DNA of 64,000 nt, from positions 64,001-128,000 of the forward strand of contig JBFWWG010000010.1 in the NCBI GenBank assembly GCA_050246315.1, in the 5' to 3' direction. This DNA is from Nitrospiraceae bacterium (GTDB lineage: Bacteria; Nitrospirota; Nitrospiria; Nitrospirales; Nitrospiraceae). Numbering within the stretch: the stretch's first letter is position 1; each line of letters starts with the position of its first letter. This document shows, piece by piece, positions 10,589 through 21,519 of this stretch. The translations under genes were made by a program, and so were the position numbers. Under the pieces are notes generated by a model. The model was not told where the DNA came from. It was given only the letters and a program-made list of their open reading frames with translations, and made no database searches.

Positions 10589-11521
10589 TCAGGCCATCAG
10601 GCGATCGACCGCGTCGCACAATTCGCGGACGGCACGGGCGGACGTGCTCAACGCCGCGCGCTCGTCTGGCGCAAGATCGAATTCGACGACCCGTTCGGCC
10701 CCGCCCCGGCCGAGTTGCACCGGAACCCCCACGATGTCCCGCAGCCCATATTCCCCCTCGCACTTGACCGAACAGGGCAAGATCCGCTTCTGGTCCTTCA
10801 CGATGGCTTCCACCATCTCGACGGCCGCGGCCGAAGGGGCGTAGAACGCGCTGCCGGTTTTCAGCAAATTGACGATCTCGGCGCCGCCGTCCTGCGTGCG
10901 TTTCACCAAGGCTTCAAGCCGGTCTTTCGGGAGCAATTCGGTGATCGGCCGCCCAGCCACCGTCGTATGGCGCAGGAGCGGCACCATCGTATCTCCATGC
11001 CCTCCCAACACCATGGCATGGATCTCAGCGGGCGAGACGCCCACTTCCATTGAAATGAACCGACGGAATCGGGCCGAGTCTAAGACGCCGGCCATACCCA
11101 GCACGCGTTGCCTTGGAAACCGGCTCACGTTCAAGGCCACATGAACCATCGCATCCAGTGGGTTGGTGACCATGACCAGATAGGTCTGCGGCGACCGGGC
11201 AACGATCTGCTCAACCACGCCCTTGACGATCCTGGCGTTGGTCGAAAGAAGTTCGTCCCGACTCATGCCGGGCTTCCTCGCGATGCCGGACGTGATAACG
11301 GCGACGGCCGATCCATTGGTGGCCTCATAGTTGTTCGCGCCCGTCACGACTGCATCGTGACCATACATGGCGCCGGCCTGCATCAAATCGAGCGCCTTGC
11401 CCTGCGGCATGCCCTCGACAACATCCACCAACACCACGTCGTAGGCATTCCGTTCGGCCAGCCGCTGAGCGACCGTCCCTCCGACATTCCCCGCTCCCAC
11501 TACCGTGATTTTCGGTCTCAT
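10589..11521 (-). CDS. mdh: Malate dehydrogenase (LDH-like)
   Basis: [35 protein letters not shown]. Confidence 0.95.
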   Translation of the reverse strand: MRPKITVVGAGNVGGTVAQRLAERNAYDVVLVDVVEGMPQGKALDLMQAGAMYGHDAVVTGANNYEATNGSAVAVITSGIARKPGMSRDELLSTNARIVKGVVEQIVARSPQTYLVMVTNPLDAMVHVALNVSRFPRQRVLGMAGVLDSARFRRFISMEVGVSPAEIHAMVLGGHGDTMVPLLRHTTVAGRPITELLPKDRLEALVKRTQDGGAEIVNLLKTGSAFYAPSAAAVEMVEAIVKDQKRILPCSVKCEGEYGLRDIVGVPVQLGRGGAERVVEFDLAPDERAALSTSARAVRELCDAVDRLMA

Positions 11522-11715
11522 ATGAACCTCTCTGTCAGGCATCGCCCGTCATTCAGTGAAGCTGTGGTTTACCCGGCTGACGATCGACGAGTTGACCATG
11601 GACGCGTTCGCGTGAACCCTCATGATTCACGAGCGTTCGTGACGTTTCTCCCGTTGCAGCGCAGAGCAATGGGTCGCACGACAGTTGCAGTCGAAGGAAT
11701 CGTGAATCATGCGGG

Positions 11716-12126
11716 TTAGTGCGCCTCGTGCTCCGTCCAGCCAGCCACCTTGAAATTGATGGTGCACACGAAGTTCTCACCGTCGTAGAAATTCACCTTG
11801 ATCTTTTTCTTGCCGTAGCGCTCGGCCAGAAACTCCTCCGGCGCGTCGATTAAGCCTTGATACAGGCCCGGCTCATAACTGCCCAATTCGACAAAGGTGA
11901 CGATCATCCCGCTTTTCACTTCCTGAAGAATCTTGGCCCAACAACGCGGGTAGACTTCCCAGAATTTGGCATCGATCTCTTCGCGGGTTGGCTCGCGCCG
12001 TTCTTCTCCCGGCTTCACATCGCGGTTGGCAAATTTAGCCAATCGCCTGACATAGGGATACTGCTGGCCGGTGAACAGCTTATAGATCCACTGCGGCACA
12101 TCCCGTTTGGTCGTATCAGCGGTCAT
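11716..12126 (-). CDS. Hypothetical protein
   Basis: 136-aa ORF with normal protein composition, co-oriented with both neighbours. Confidence 0.75.
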   Translation of the reverse strand: MTADTTKRDVPQWIYKLFTGQQYPYVRRLAKFANRDVKPGEERREPTREEIDAKFWEVYPRCWAKILQEVKSGMIVTFVELGSYEPGLYQGLIDAPEEFLAERYGKKKIKVNFYDGENFVCTINFKVAGWTEHEAH

Positions 12127-12227
12127 TCGATCTCCGGGCGCGTGCCGACCGTGGATTACTGATCCAATCGACTTGCCGCATGATCCGATAGAGTCGTCCT
12201 ATTACCATCTTGATGTCCACGCAGACG

Positions 12228-15200
12228 TTACGACGTCAATCGGTGATACACCCGCGGCAACCGTTCCGGCAAGCCCTGGACATCGTCAATGACCACATAC
12301 CTCACCTCTCCGTACATGCGGCGCAGATACCCCTCCGCCTCTCGGTCCACCGTGATGCAAAAGGGCACGATCCCCTTTGCGGTCGCTTCGCGGAGGGCCA
12401 TCTTGGTATCCTCAAGAGCGTACTCCTCGGCATAGTGATCGTCCAACGGGCGTCCGTCGCTGAGCAGCACGAGCAACTGCACCCGCGCCTCCGTGAGCTT
12501 GAGCTTGGCCGCCGCATGCCGAATAGCCGCTCCATCGCGATTCTGATACATCGGCTGCACCGCTCCGATGCGACCCGCGACCCGGGACCGATTCTGCTCA
12601 TCAAAGTTCTTGAGCACCACGAAATCGACGTCCTGCCGGCCCCGTCCGGAGAATCCGTACAGCGCATACTCGTCTCCGATGGCCTCCAACGCCTCACAGA
12701 GCAAGACCAGCCCGGCCTTCTCGACATCGATGACACGACGTCCATCCTCTGCGATGGTCCGCCCGGTAGACCCGCTCAGGTCCACAAGAAAGGCCACCGC
12801 CACGCTGCGATCTTGCCGATCCCGCCGGATGTACAGACGATCCGTCGGATCGGCGCCTGCAGCAAGGTCGGCGCGCACGGAAACCGCAGCATCCAGATCC
12901 ACATCGTCGCCATAGGTCTGCCCCCGAACCTGGCGAAACGCCGGCGGACGGATGCCTTCAAAATAGCGCCTGAGGACGCGAATGGCCGCGCCATGCTCAC
13001 TCAAGACCGTTTCCACGAAGTCCGCATCTTCCGAGGCCTGTCGTCGCTCGCGGAGGCAACACCAGCGCGAACGATAATCCCTGATCGTGCCGTCCCATTC
13101 GTCATAGTGATAGGTCCCGGCGTCGATTGCTCCCTGCTCCCAGCGAGGCTGTCGCTTGTCTTCGATGGCAGTTACCTCGTCGGCTGAGTGATCGGGCGCC
13201 GCATGCGAGTCAGCCAGCCCCCGCTCGGTCCGTGTCAGGTCGCGCGTCTGATGCTCGGTTGCACGTTGCCTTGAACTCGCGACCTCCTTCCCATTCGATT
13301 CACTCTTCCCCCGGTCGGGTTGGTCGCCCCCGCCCGCCTCGGCCCGCTGCTCATCTGCCCCGATGAACTCCGGTCGCATCCCTCCGCGATAGGACCAATT
13401 GTCGATCGGTTGATAGGCATCGGTGATGGTCTCCGAGGCCTGTTGCCCTCCGACCATCGGCTCTACCGCACTCTCCTGGGGACGATGGTCCGGCGCCTCC
13501 TCCGATGCTGCAGCGGCCGTCCTGAGGAGCTCGTCCATTCTCACGTAAACCTGGTCGATAATTCGTATGACATCGCCGGCCGTGACCTGCTCGGCAAGCA
13601 CCGCACGACCAAGCCCCCAACAGTCCGCCACAACCTGCCGTATCGCGTCTGAAATCGATACATCGGATATCCCGCTCGATGCGAGCAGGATGGCATCAAG
13701 CACCATCTCGCGCATCGACATCCCGTGCGTCAACGAACGCAAGGACAGCGCAGCCTTGGTCGCCGCGTCGAGATCGGCGCGCAAGCCTGGATATTCGACG
13801 CGCAGACGCCCTTCGATCCGGGCATCTTCAAGAATCGTCCACAGGTCCCGGATCACGCCCGGCTGGGGATACAGGGCGAAGAAATCGACCAGGGTGCGCG
13901 GGGTCGACTTCGCCTCCTGCGCCGAACGGCCATACCGTGCCGCAACGGTCTCGGCAAGGTCGCCCAATTCCGCCATGGCCAGATCATAGGTACCGAATTC
14001 GAGATGTCCCGCTTCATGCGCCACCATGACAAGATAGGCGCGCCGATTGGCCTCGCGATCTGACTCCCGACGCATCACGGACGGGAGGTAGATGGTTCGA
14101 CCGTCAGCACTGACGGTAGCCCGAGCACGGGGCATTGCAGGCTGCCCTCTGCCGCTGGTCCCTGCCGCACCGTCGGGCAATGGCTCAACCCTGACATTCC
14201 GTCCACAGAGCGCCTGCGCAAACAGGGTGAGCGATCGCGCCACCTGGCGAAGCGGCACTCCACTCTGCGCTTCCTCCAAGGAGGCGAGAGCCTTGCTCGT
14301 CTCCAACGCAAAATACGCCCTGGCTCCCTCCACACTGTAGGCCAACACCTCCATCCCGCTCTTGAACCAAGCTTCGAACACCTGCCATGCATGATCGTCC
14401 GTTCCAACCAGCCCCGCCATGCCGGAGCAGCGACGCAGGTAGGCCTGCGCAACGCTCGCATCCCGTTCCGCCACCAGCAGACCGTACTGCAACATACGTG
14501 GCTGCCAGCCGGCCGGAATCGGTTGCAACAATGCCGGGGCCTCGGCCAGGACCTCCAACGCCAGTTGCGGATCCTGCTCGGCCAACGTCCCGGCGATCCG
14601 GATGATCAATCGCCGTGCGGTCGCTTCCGGAAGATCTTCCAGCAGTGCGGGGGTCGTACGGAAGAACTCCAGCGTCGCCATGTAATCCGGCTTGCCGAAC
14701 TGATTGATCGTGATCAGCTTGAGGGCCAAACTGGTCCAGCTTCGCAGATCTTCCAACTCGATGACTTTGACGATTTTCGGACTCTCCCGGAAAAACTCGC
14801 CGCCGAGCACATAGTTCACGTCGCTCAGTTCCAACCCCTGATCGACCCATTGCACGAGTTGTTCGTGAGACAGAGCCCCCATCAATTCCGGCGCCACTCG
14901 TAGAAACTCCAAGGTCATCCCGGGATCTCGTTCGACCAGCTCCAGGCCCATCGTCAGGACGCGCAGGCGATCGTCTCTGGACGACATCAACCCCAAGAGT
15001 AAGGGACTCTCTTTGGCATACTTGAGTGCCGAAGCGCCTGAGGATTCCGCCATGCCGACTGCCAAGTCGAGCCAGGGGCCAAGATCGTCCAGGCCGACTC
15101 GACGGTGAAGCTCAGGCAGCGCCTCGGTCGCCGCACGGGCCACTTTCGGAGATGCGTCCTCCAATTCCTGAAGCAACGCCGTGGCGGCCGACGCCAGCCC

Positions 15201-15305
15201 CAGCCGCTCGATCTCAGCTTCCAACGTGGCGATGAGTGCTCCATCCAGGCAAACAGCCAGGGATTGCGTCAGCCGATCTCGCCATGAGCTCCCTGAAACT
15301 GCCAT
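12228..15305 (-). CDS. NorD/CbbO-type VWA domain protein
   Basis: YDEWD, DLSGST MIDAS motif, NRDGAAIRHA, LSDGRP; HEAGH motif mid-protein. Confidence 0.9.
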   Translation of the reverse strand: MAVSGSSWRDRLTQSLAVCLDGALIATLEAEIERLGLASAATALLQELEDASPKVARAATEALPELHRRVGLDDLGPWLDLAVGMAESSGASALKYAKESPLLLGLMSSRDDRLRVLTMGLELVERDPGMTLEFLRVAPELMGALSHEQLVQWVDQGLELSDVNYVLGGEFFRESPKIVKVIELEDLRSWTSLALKLITINQFGKPDYMATLEFFRTTPALLEDLPEATARRLIIRIAGTLAEQDPQLALEVLAEAPALLQPIPAGWQPRMLQYGLLVAERDASVAQAYLRRCSGMAGLVGTDDHAWQVFEAWFKSGMEVLAYSVEGARAYFALETSKALASLEEAQSGVPLRQVARSLTLFAQALCGRNVRVEPLPDGAAGTSGRGQPAMPRARATVSADGRTIYLPSVMRRESDREANRRAYLVMVAHEAGHLEFGTYDLAMAELGDLAETVAARYGRSAQEAKSTPRTLVDFFALYPQPGVIRDLWTILEDARIEGRLRVEYPGLRADLDAATKAALSLRSLTHGMSMREMVLDAILLASSGISDVSISDAIRQVVADCWGLGRAVLAEQVTAGDVIRIIDQVYVRMDELLRTAAAASEEAPDHRPQESAVEPMVGGQQASETITDAYQPIDNWSYRGGMRPEFIGADEQRAEAGGGDQPDRGKSESNGKEVASSRQRATEHQTRDLTRTERGLADSHAAPDHSADEVTAIEDKRQPRWEQGAIDAGTYHYDEWDGTIRDYRSRWCCLRERRQASEDADFVETVLSEHGAAIRVLRRYFEGIRPPAFRQVRGQTYGDDVDLDAAVSVRADLAAGADPTDRLYIRRDRQDRSVAVAFLVDLSGSTGRTIAEDGRRVIDVEKAGLVLLCEALEAIGDEYALYGFSGRGRQDVDFVVLKNFDEQNRSRVAGRIGAVQPMYQNRDGAAIRHAAAKLKLTEARVQLLVLLSDGRPLDDHYAEEYALEDTKMALREATAKGIVPFCITVDREAEGYLRRMYGEVRYVVIDDVQGLPERLPRVYHRLTS

Positions 15306-15442
15306 GTGGCCTGGGTCTCCTTACTCCTGTGGGCTTGCACCGGAAGGGGAAGGAAATGATTGTAAAGGAGGGCATTCCGCTTGTAAACTTCAAGGATCGC
15401 GTCCCACGGCGCCGTGTCGCATCAACAATGAGGCCGCAGACC

Positions 15443-15883
15443 ATGGCAGGACCGACCCAGACCAGTCTCGACAAGATGTGGAAATTCGCGAAGGGCTTCG
15501 CGGAAAAGAGCGGGACGACATTCCATCCAACGCCGGCCGTCACGGAAGCCGTCATCAAGGGCTTGGCAGCCCATGTCGATGAACTCGGCAGGCCCCTCTG
15601 TCCCTGCAACTTCTACCAGGACAAGCAGGCCGAGGTGAAGCTTCGGCGCTGGATCTGCGCCTGCGACGAAATGCAGATCTATAAATACTGCCACTGTCTG
15701 CTGTTCGTGAACGAGGAAGGCATGCCGATCACGGAGTACCTGCCGGAGGATCACGAAGGACGCCAGGTCTACGGCCTCATCCCCGATCCCGCCCCGACCA
15801 AAGGCCGCGCGCTAAAACACAAGACGCAGCAATCGACACCCATCCCAGCGGCTGTAGAACAATCAGGCGTGTTGCATTCCTAG
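15443..15883 (+). CDS. Ferredoxin-thioredoxin reductase catalytic subunit
   Basis: LCPC, CAC, CHC cysteine motifs. Confidence 0.9.
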   Translation: MAGPTQTSLDKMWKFAKGFAEKSGTTFHPTPAVTEAVIKGLAAHVDELGRPLCPCNFYQDKQAEVKLRRWICACDEMQIYKYCHCLLFVNEEGMPITEYLPEDHEGRQVYGLIPDPAPTKGRALKHKTQQSTPIPAAVEQSGVLHS

Positions 15884-16069
15884 CCACGGTCGGTGCGGCC
15901 CGTCCACATGAAAAGTACCCTGCGTCCTGCAGCGCATTGCAGGATTTTCTCGCAGGTCACATCCCAACAGTTACAATGAGGCGGAAGGGCCGGCCCAGGT
16001 ACGCGCCTGCAACGAGCAGTGCCTCACTAGGAGATTCCCACCTTATTGACGCTCAGCTCTCGAACCGAG

Positions 16070-16325
16070 ATGGTCTGAGTGGCTTCCACTGCGCGCATCG
16101 AGCCGTGCCATAAATGTTCACTCAAAGCTTGCTCGTGCTACTTCCCTGGAAGGGCACTCGTACTGGTCCTACTGCGGCCGTCACGACCCGTTGCACATAA
16201 GAGAAAACGCAACGGATCCCCCGGCGCTTTCTGAAGCGCGGCCTCCGGGAGCAAGGGATCGGTACGAGTGCCTTCCCCCTCTGATCGCGCGGGCTCCGGG
16301 AGCACCCGAGACCATCACGGGCTGA
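16070..16325. repeat. Degenerate intergenic palindromic repeat cluster
   Basis: ACTGCGCGCATCGAG and CGGGAGCA motifs shared with 31190-31330, 33838-34222 and 60970-61100. Confidence 0.55.
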
Positions 16326-16337
16326 CCCGCCTTCGAC

Positions 16338-16796
16338 TTACTGCCACCCTGACACCTCATACCCCTTCTCCGCCAAACAGCGATTGACGACGTTCACGTA
16401 GGCTTGGTTGGGCGCGGATGAGCCGAACATCCATCCGAATAATCCACTCAACAGCCCCCAGACAAACCCCGACACGGCTCCCACCGCTGCCCCGATGCCC
16501 GGGGAGCCGGAGATCGCGCCGCCTACGGCCCCGCCTGCCGCCCCGGCCCCGGCGCCGATCACCGCGCTGCCCGCCGTGCGGCCCGCCGCGCCAGTTCCTT
16601 CCTCGGCTCCAGCCTTTTCGGCGACGACGCGGCAGTCCTGAATGTCCTTTTCGGCCGTCTCTTCCCCCGCTGACTGCAAATGGGCGTTCGGATAGAGAAT
16701 CGGTCTTGGACCGGAACAACCGAGCAAGCCGTTGAGAATCGAGCAGAGGCAGAGGACACTCACAGCCTGCGACCATGGATATGTTGTATGCGTCAT
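16338..16796 (-). CDS. Glycine-zipper lipoprotein
   Basis: Lipobox LLGC, GA-rich glycine zipper, C-terminal CLAEKGY. Confidence 0.8.
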   Translation of the reverse strand: MTHTTYPWSQAVSVLCLCSILNGLLGCSGPRPILYPNAHLQSAGEETAEKDIQDCRVVAEKAGAEEGTGAAGRTAGSAVIGAGAGAAGGAVGGAISGSPGIGAAVGAVSGFVWGLLSGLFGWMFGSSAPNQAYVNVVNRCLAEKGYEVSGWQ

Positions 16797-17086
16797 AGTC
16801 GCAATTTTTCGATCAGCGAGTGAGCCGGTAACCCTTTGAGCAGGATCTGTTTTCGCCTCGCGGTAGATCCGGAGCGAATGACGATCGACCCTGATGAGAT
16901 CCCGCAAGTCTTGGCCAAAAAACGAATCAGTGCCTCGTTGGCCGCACCATCCACCGGCGGCGCCGCGACTCTTATCTTCAGCGCGTCGCCGTGAGGCCCG
17001 ACACATTCCGTACGTGATGCATTCGGCTGCACATGGACCGTCAACACCGCCCCTTGAGCGGTCTCGTGAATGAAGCCGGTGCTCAT
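16793..17086 (-). CDS. DUF167/YggU family protein
   Basis: VQPNA, APPVDGAAN, GSTARRK. Confidence 0.9.
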   Translation of the reverse strand: MSTGFIHETAQGAVLTVHVQPNASRTECVGPHGDALKIRVAAPPVDGAANEALIRFLAKTCGISSGSIVIRSGSTARRKQILLKGLPAHSLIEKLRL

Positions 17087-17101
17087 GAAAACCGGTGAAG
17101 A

Positions 17102-17436
17102 CATTCAGAGGAGCCGCACGATCTCGCGAAGTTCCTGGAGGCGCTTGACGAATACATCGAGGTGCGCGACCCACCTGCTTGAGCCGTGTCACTGCTTCCA
17201 CAGACGTTTGAAGATAGTCCAGATTTCCTGCTTCAGGGTCGTGGGGGGATCAAGAGCGGCCTTGGAACTGACCTCCAGCATGGTCGTGAAATTCTCAACC
17301 GTGTGGACGCCGATGGCCGCCTTGGCCTGGGTCAGGTACTGGATCAGATAATGGCCGGCTTCGAGATAGAGTGGGTAGTTGAACCTGGATGCTCGGCGCG
17401 AGGAGAGCGGTTGGCAGATGAATCGGTCGACGCATG
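17102..17436 (-). pseudogene. Probable degraded ORF
   Basis: Protein-like frame RFNYPLYLEAGHYLIQYL...IFKRLWKQ*HGSSRWVAHLDVFVKRLQELREIVRLL* with an internal stop; the upstream ATG is out of frame. Confidence 0.35.
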
Positions 17437-17453
17437 GCGGCCCCGATGTCAGG

Positions 17454-18272
17454 TCAGAACACCGCTTTGATCAGCTCGCCGATCGTGCGCTGCATGTCCG
17501 CATCGTCGGTGATGGGACGGGCGATCGCGACGTCGCAGGCGCGACTCGGCTCGACGCCCTGCCGGATCAACGTGCCGGCGTAGACCAGCAGCCGGGTGCT
17601 GACGCCTTCCTCAAGCCCATGATGCTTCAGGTTACGCACTTTTTCACCCAGTTTCACGAGTGCACGCGCCATCTCGCCCGTGACCCCGGCCTCTCGCTCG
17701 ATGATGCGGGCCTCGACGGCTGCCACAGGATAGGTGAATTCGATCGCGACAAACCGCTGCTTGGTGCTCTGCTTCAAATCCTTGAGGACGCTTTGATAAC
17801 CGGGATTGTAGGAGATCACCAGGTGGAAGTCGTCGACGGCTTCAACGATCTGTCCCTTCTTTTCAATCGGCAGGAGGCGCCGGTCGTCGGTCAAGGGATG
17901 AATGATAACGGTGGTATCCTTCCGCGCCTCGACAATTTCGTCGAGGTAGACGATCGCACCGTGTTTCACGCCCAAGGTCAACGGACCGTCCCTCCACACC
18001 GTTTCTTGCCCGCGCAGAAGATAGCGGCCCACAAGATCGGAGGCCGTGAGGTCTTCGTGACAGGCGACGGTGATGAGCGGCCGTCCCAAACGGTGAGCCA
18101 TGTGCTGCACGAACCGGGTCTTTCCACAGCCGGTCGGTCCCTTGAGCATAACCGGCATGTGGTTCTGTGCCGCCGTCGCAAAGAGCCCCACCTCACCCTG
18201 CGACTCAAGATAGAAGGGCTCCTGCTCGATGCGGTATCGCTCGATCTCGAACTCGTGGCCTTTGTCGGTCAT
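17454..18272 (-). CDS. CbbQ/NirQ/NorQ family AAA+ ATPase
   Basis: [41 protein letters not shown]. Confidence 0.95.
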   Translation of the reverse strand: MTDKGHEFEIERYRIEQEPFYLESQGEVGLFATAAQNHMPVMLKGPTGCGKTRFVQHMAHRLGRPLITVACHEDLTASDLVGRYLLRGQETVWRDGPLTLGVKHGAIVYLDEIVEARKDTTVIIHPLTDDRRLLPIEKKGQIVEAVDDFHLVISYNPGYQSVLKDLKQSTKQRFVAIEFTYPVAAVEARIIEREAGVTGEMARALVKLGEKVRNLKHHGLEEGVSTRLLVYAGTLIRQGVEPSRACDVAIARPITDDADMQRTIGELIKAVF

Positions 18273-18402
18273 GTCGTCATCAATCGACTATGGATCGCGA
18301 GAAATCAGGCTGCCGATGGTCAGCACCTTAAACGGAAGACAGCGTGAAGATCAAGGGAGCGGCGGCGGCGCGGCCAACAAGCGGATGGGAATACGCCGGC
18401 GC

Positions 18403-21400
18403 TCAGGCGATGGCCTTGGCGGCGGGAGCGGGTCGGTCCAGCACCTCTCGGACCTTCTGCGCAAGTTCCTGAGGGGAGAACGGTTTTTGGAGCAGCGCGG
18501 CGTTCACGCGGATGCCTCCCTTGGCGAACACCGGATGGTCGGGATAGCCGGACATATAGAGGACCTTCAGTTCCGGTCGAGCCAGACAGAGTTTCTCTGC
18601 GACTTCGGGACCACTCATCTGCGGCATGACGACATCGGTCAGCAGCAAGTGAATCGGCCCGAGATGCTTGGCGCCCGTCAGCAGGGCCTCGATGCCGTGC
18701 CGTGCCAACAAGACCGAATAGCCGTGCATCCGCAACGTCTCCTGGACGAGGTAGCGGACGGCCGGTTCGTCCTCGACGACCAACACCGTTTCCTTGCCGC
18801 GCACCTCAGATTGCATGCCGCCGTTTGATTCGGCGACAAGATCCGCCTCTTCCACGCATGGAAAATAGATTCTGAAGGTTGCGCCCTCACCGGGCATGCT
18901 GTCCACCTCGATATGCCCCCCGGTCTGTTTCACGATGCCGTACACGGTGGAGAGGCCAAGCCCGGTGCCTTTCCCCTTTTCCTTGGTCGTAAAGAAGGGC
19001 TCAAAGATATGCGACCGGATCTCAGGGTCCATGCCGCATCCGGTGTCCTGGATGGTCAAGAGCACATAGGCGCCCGGCTCCAGCATCACGGGCGCGAGCC
19101 GGTGCCGCTTGTCGATCATCACATTGGCGGTGGAAACGGTCAGTTTGCCTCCGTCCGGCATGGCGTCATGTGAGTTGACCGCCAGGTTCATAATGACCTG
19201 TTCGATCTGCGTCGGATCAGCCTTGATCTTGCCCAGCGAAGGAGCGAGCACGGTACCTAGTTCGACGAGGTCCTCTCCGATCAAGCGGCGCAACATGCCG
19301 TCCATGCCGGAGATCACTTCGTTCAGGTCCAGAGTCTTGGTGGAGACAAATTGGCGCCGGCTGAAGGCCAGCAACTGATTCGTCAATCCGGCGGCTCGAT
19401 CTCCGGCCTTTTTTACCTCCTCGACCTCTTTTCTCATCGGATCGTCCGACCGCAAACGCCCCATGATCAGTTCGCAGTATCCCCGGATGACCGTCAGCAG
19501 GTTGTTGAAGTCATGGGCGATGCCTCCCGCGAGCCGGCCCACCGCTTCCATCTTCTGGCTCTGCCGCAATTGCTCTTCCGTTTGTCGGAGCGCCTCCTCC
19601 GCGCGCAGCCGTTCAATCAATTGCCCGATGCGGAATCCGAAGTCCGCCGCCATTTTCAACAGCTCCTCGTCCGGCTCGCGTACCTCCATAACATAGAGCT
19701 CGATGACGCCGTGCACCTCCTGGCCGACCCGGATAGGAAACCCGAAGGCGCCGTGCAGACCGGCCTGAAAGGCCGAGGAGCGGCGTGGGAAATTGGGGTC
19801 CGTGGTGACGTCGGAGATCCACGCGGGCTTGCCGGCAGCCCAAATCCTTCCCGGAAGTCCGTTGCCCACCGTGAAACACAGTCGCCACGTCTCCCCGACA
19901 AATTCCTCCGCCACACCCGGCGCGGAGACCCGAATGTCGAAACAATTGAGTCGCTGGTGCGGCTTATCCAACATCCACCACACTCCGACCGACCACCCCA
20001 GGTGATCGCAGATCGCTTGAAGAATTTTCGGACAAATATCCTGGATCGACTTGGATTCCGCCAGAATCTGCGTGATGGCAAACTGCGCGGCCAGTCGTTG
20101 TTCGGTTCGCCGGCGCTCGGTGATGTCGCGCACAAACACGCTGAAGATGTGCGTATGTCCGATCAGGGACGGAGAGACCGTCAGCTCGACGGGCAACTCC
20201 CGTCCGTCCTTGCGACAGGCCGTGGTTTCCACGCGCTTGTTCAAAAACGCGCCCTCTCCTGTCGTGAGAAAGCGATGGAGGCCCTGTTGATACAACTCTC
20301 GATACTGCTGAGGGATGATCGTCTCGGCGAGCTGGCGTCCTATCGCCTCGGCTCGAGTCCAACCGAATAGGCGGACTGCCTGGGTATTCCACTCCGTCAC
20401 CAGGCCGTCGGCGTCCATGCTGATGACGGCATCCAACGACGTGTCCACGACGGCTTTGACGCGCTGTTGGCCCTGCAGGAGGGCGGACTCGGCCGCGCGG
20501 GCACATTGACTCTCGTACCGCGCCTGGACACACTCCCGCTGAAGGCGACGGGCGGACCAGAAGAGCAGGCCGAGCGCCGGCAATCCGACCGCCGCGCTCG
20601 CCAAACCCAGCCTCCATAGCATGCCGTGAATCGGCGTCAAAATGTCGCTGCGATCTCTGCGCAACAGAATGGACCAGCCGTAGTCATTGAATTCTCCGAA
20701 CCCCTGGGTCTGCGCATAGCCGGTCACAACCGGCACATGCCGTCGTAGGTGCTCCTCCTCGACATAGCCAGGCTTTCCCATCAGGCTCAGGAGCGCAGAA
20801 GGGAGTCCCCTCTCCAGGAGATTGATGGGGGCATGGTGGGTCGCCGCATCGATGAACACGTCCCCGGAACGGGACATGAATTGATATTCAAGCGTCCCGG
20901 AGAAATCCTCGCTCGCCTCCATGGTTCGAAGCGTGCGGGTCAGCAGGTTATCCAACGTGCTGATCCCGATTCGGCCGGTTGTGACCCCTAGAAACTCCCC
21001 TTTAGGGCTGATGATGGGTGCGGTGAAGGAGATCGCTTCCTGTCCACCGGCCTCCCGATGGACCGACGCCTCCGTGATGTGAAAGGCCTTTCGCTCCCGG
21101 CTGATCCGGAACCAGTCCGCCTGCTCATACTCCAACCCGACCATCTTGGGATCGGTGGCGACAATGACCCGTCCATGCGCATCGGTCACGCCCAGCCACG
21201 TATAGACCGGGCCGTAGCTTTTCCTGATCCATTCGAGATAGTCATTCATATAGGCACGATCCGCCATTTTCGTGCTGAACACTCGCGCCGTAATGCCGAC
21301 ATCGGCGTATCGCTCGGACAACAGACGATCCAGTTTTTCAGTGATCTCAGAGGCTGCCAAGGCAAGGCTTTCCCCCGCGGTCTCGACCAACCGTACCTCC

Positions 21401-21519
21401 ACATAACGGAGTCCCAACATGACGGTCGTAAAGGCCACGACGGTCAACGCGATGATGAGGAACAGGAGCCACTGGTAGGGCTTGGGCGGAGCGGCGTCTG
21501 ATCGTTTGGGCGGCGACAT
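18403..21519 (-). CDS. Hybrid sensor kinase (Cache-PAS-GAF-HisKA-HATPase-REC)
   Basis: Two TM helices, AHDFNNLL H-box, FTTK/GTGLGL, receiver LLTDVVMP. Confidence 0.95.
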   Translation of the reverse strand: MSPPKRSDAAPPKPYQWLLFLIIALTVVAFTTVMLGLRYVEVRLVETAGESLALAASEITEKLDRLLSERYADVGITARVFSTKMADRAYMNDYLEWIRKSYGPVYTWLGVTDAHGRVIVATDPKMVGLEYEQADWFRISRERKAFHITEASVHREAGGQEAISFTAPIISPKGEFLGVTTGRIGISTLDNLLTRTLRTMEASEDFSGTLEYQFMSRSGDVFIDAATHHAPINLLERGLPSALLSLMGKPGYVEEEHLRRHVPVVTGYAQTQGFGEFNDYGWSILLRRDRSDILTPIHGMLWRLGLASAAVGLPALGLLFWSARRLQRECVQARYESQCARAAESALLQGQQRVKAVVDTSLDAVISMDADGLVTEWNTQAVRLFGWTRAEAIGRQLAETIIPQQYRELYQQGLHRFLTTGEGAFLNKRVETTACRKDGRELPVELTVSPSLIGHTHIFSVFVRDITERRRTEQRLAAQFAITQILAESKSIQDICPKILQAICDHLGWSVGVWWMLDKPHQRLNCFDIRVSAPGVAEEFVGETWRLCFTVGNGLPGRIWAAGKPAWISDVTTDPNFPRRSSAFQAGLHGAFGFPIRVGQEVHGVIELYVMEVREPDEELLKMAADFGFRIGQLIERLRAEEALRQTEEQLRQSQKMEAVGRLAGGIAHDFNNLLTVIRGYCELIMGRLRSDDPMRKEVEEVKKAGDRAAGLTNQLLAFSRRQFVSTKTLDLNEVISGMDGMLRRLIGEDLVELGTVLAPSLGKIKADPTQIEQVIMNLAVNSHDAMPDGGKLTVSTANVMIDKRHRLAPVMLEPGAYVLLTIQDTGCGMDPEIRSHIFEPFFTTKEKGKGTGLGLSTVYGIVKQTGGHIEVDSMPGEGATFRIYFPCVEEADLVAESNGGMQSEVRGKETVLVVEDEPAVRYLVQETLRMHGYSVLLARHGIEALLTGAKHLGPIHLLLTDVVMPQMSGPEVAEKLCLARPELKVLYMSGYPDHPVFAKGGIRVNAALLQKPFSPQELAQKVREVLDRPAPAAKAIA

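Noticed and set aside
17189..17191. Selenocysteine read-through at the in-frame TGA
   Set aside because: No redox motif context or recognisable SECIS, and the frame lacks a proper start
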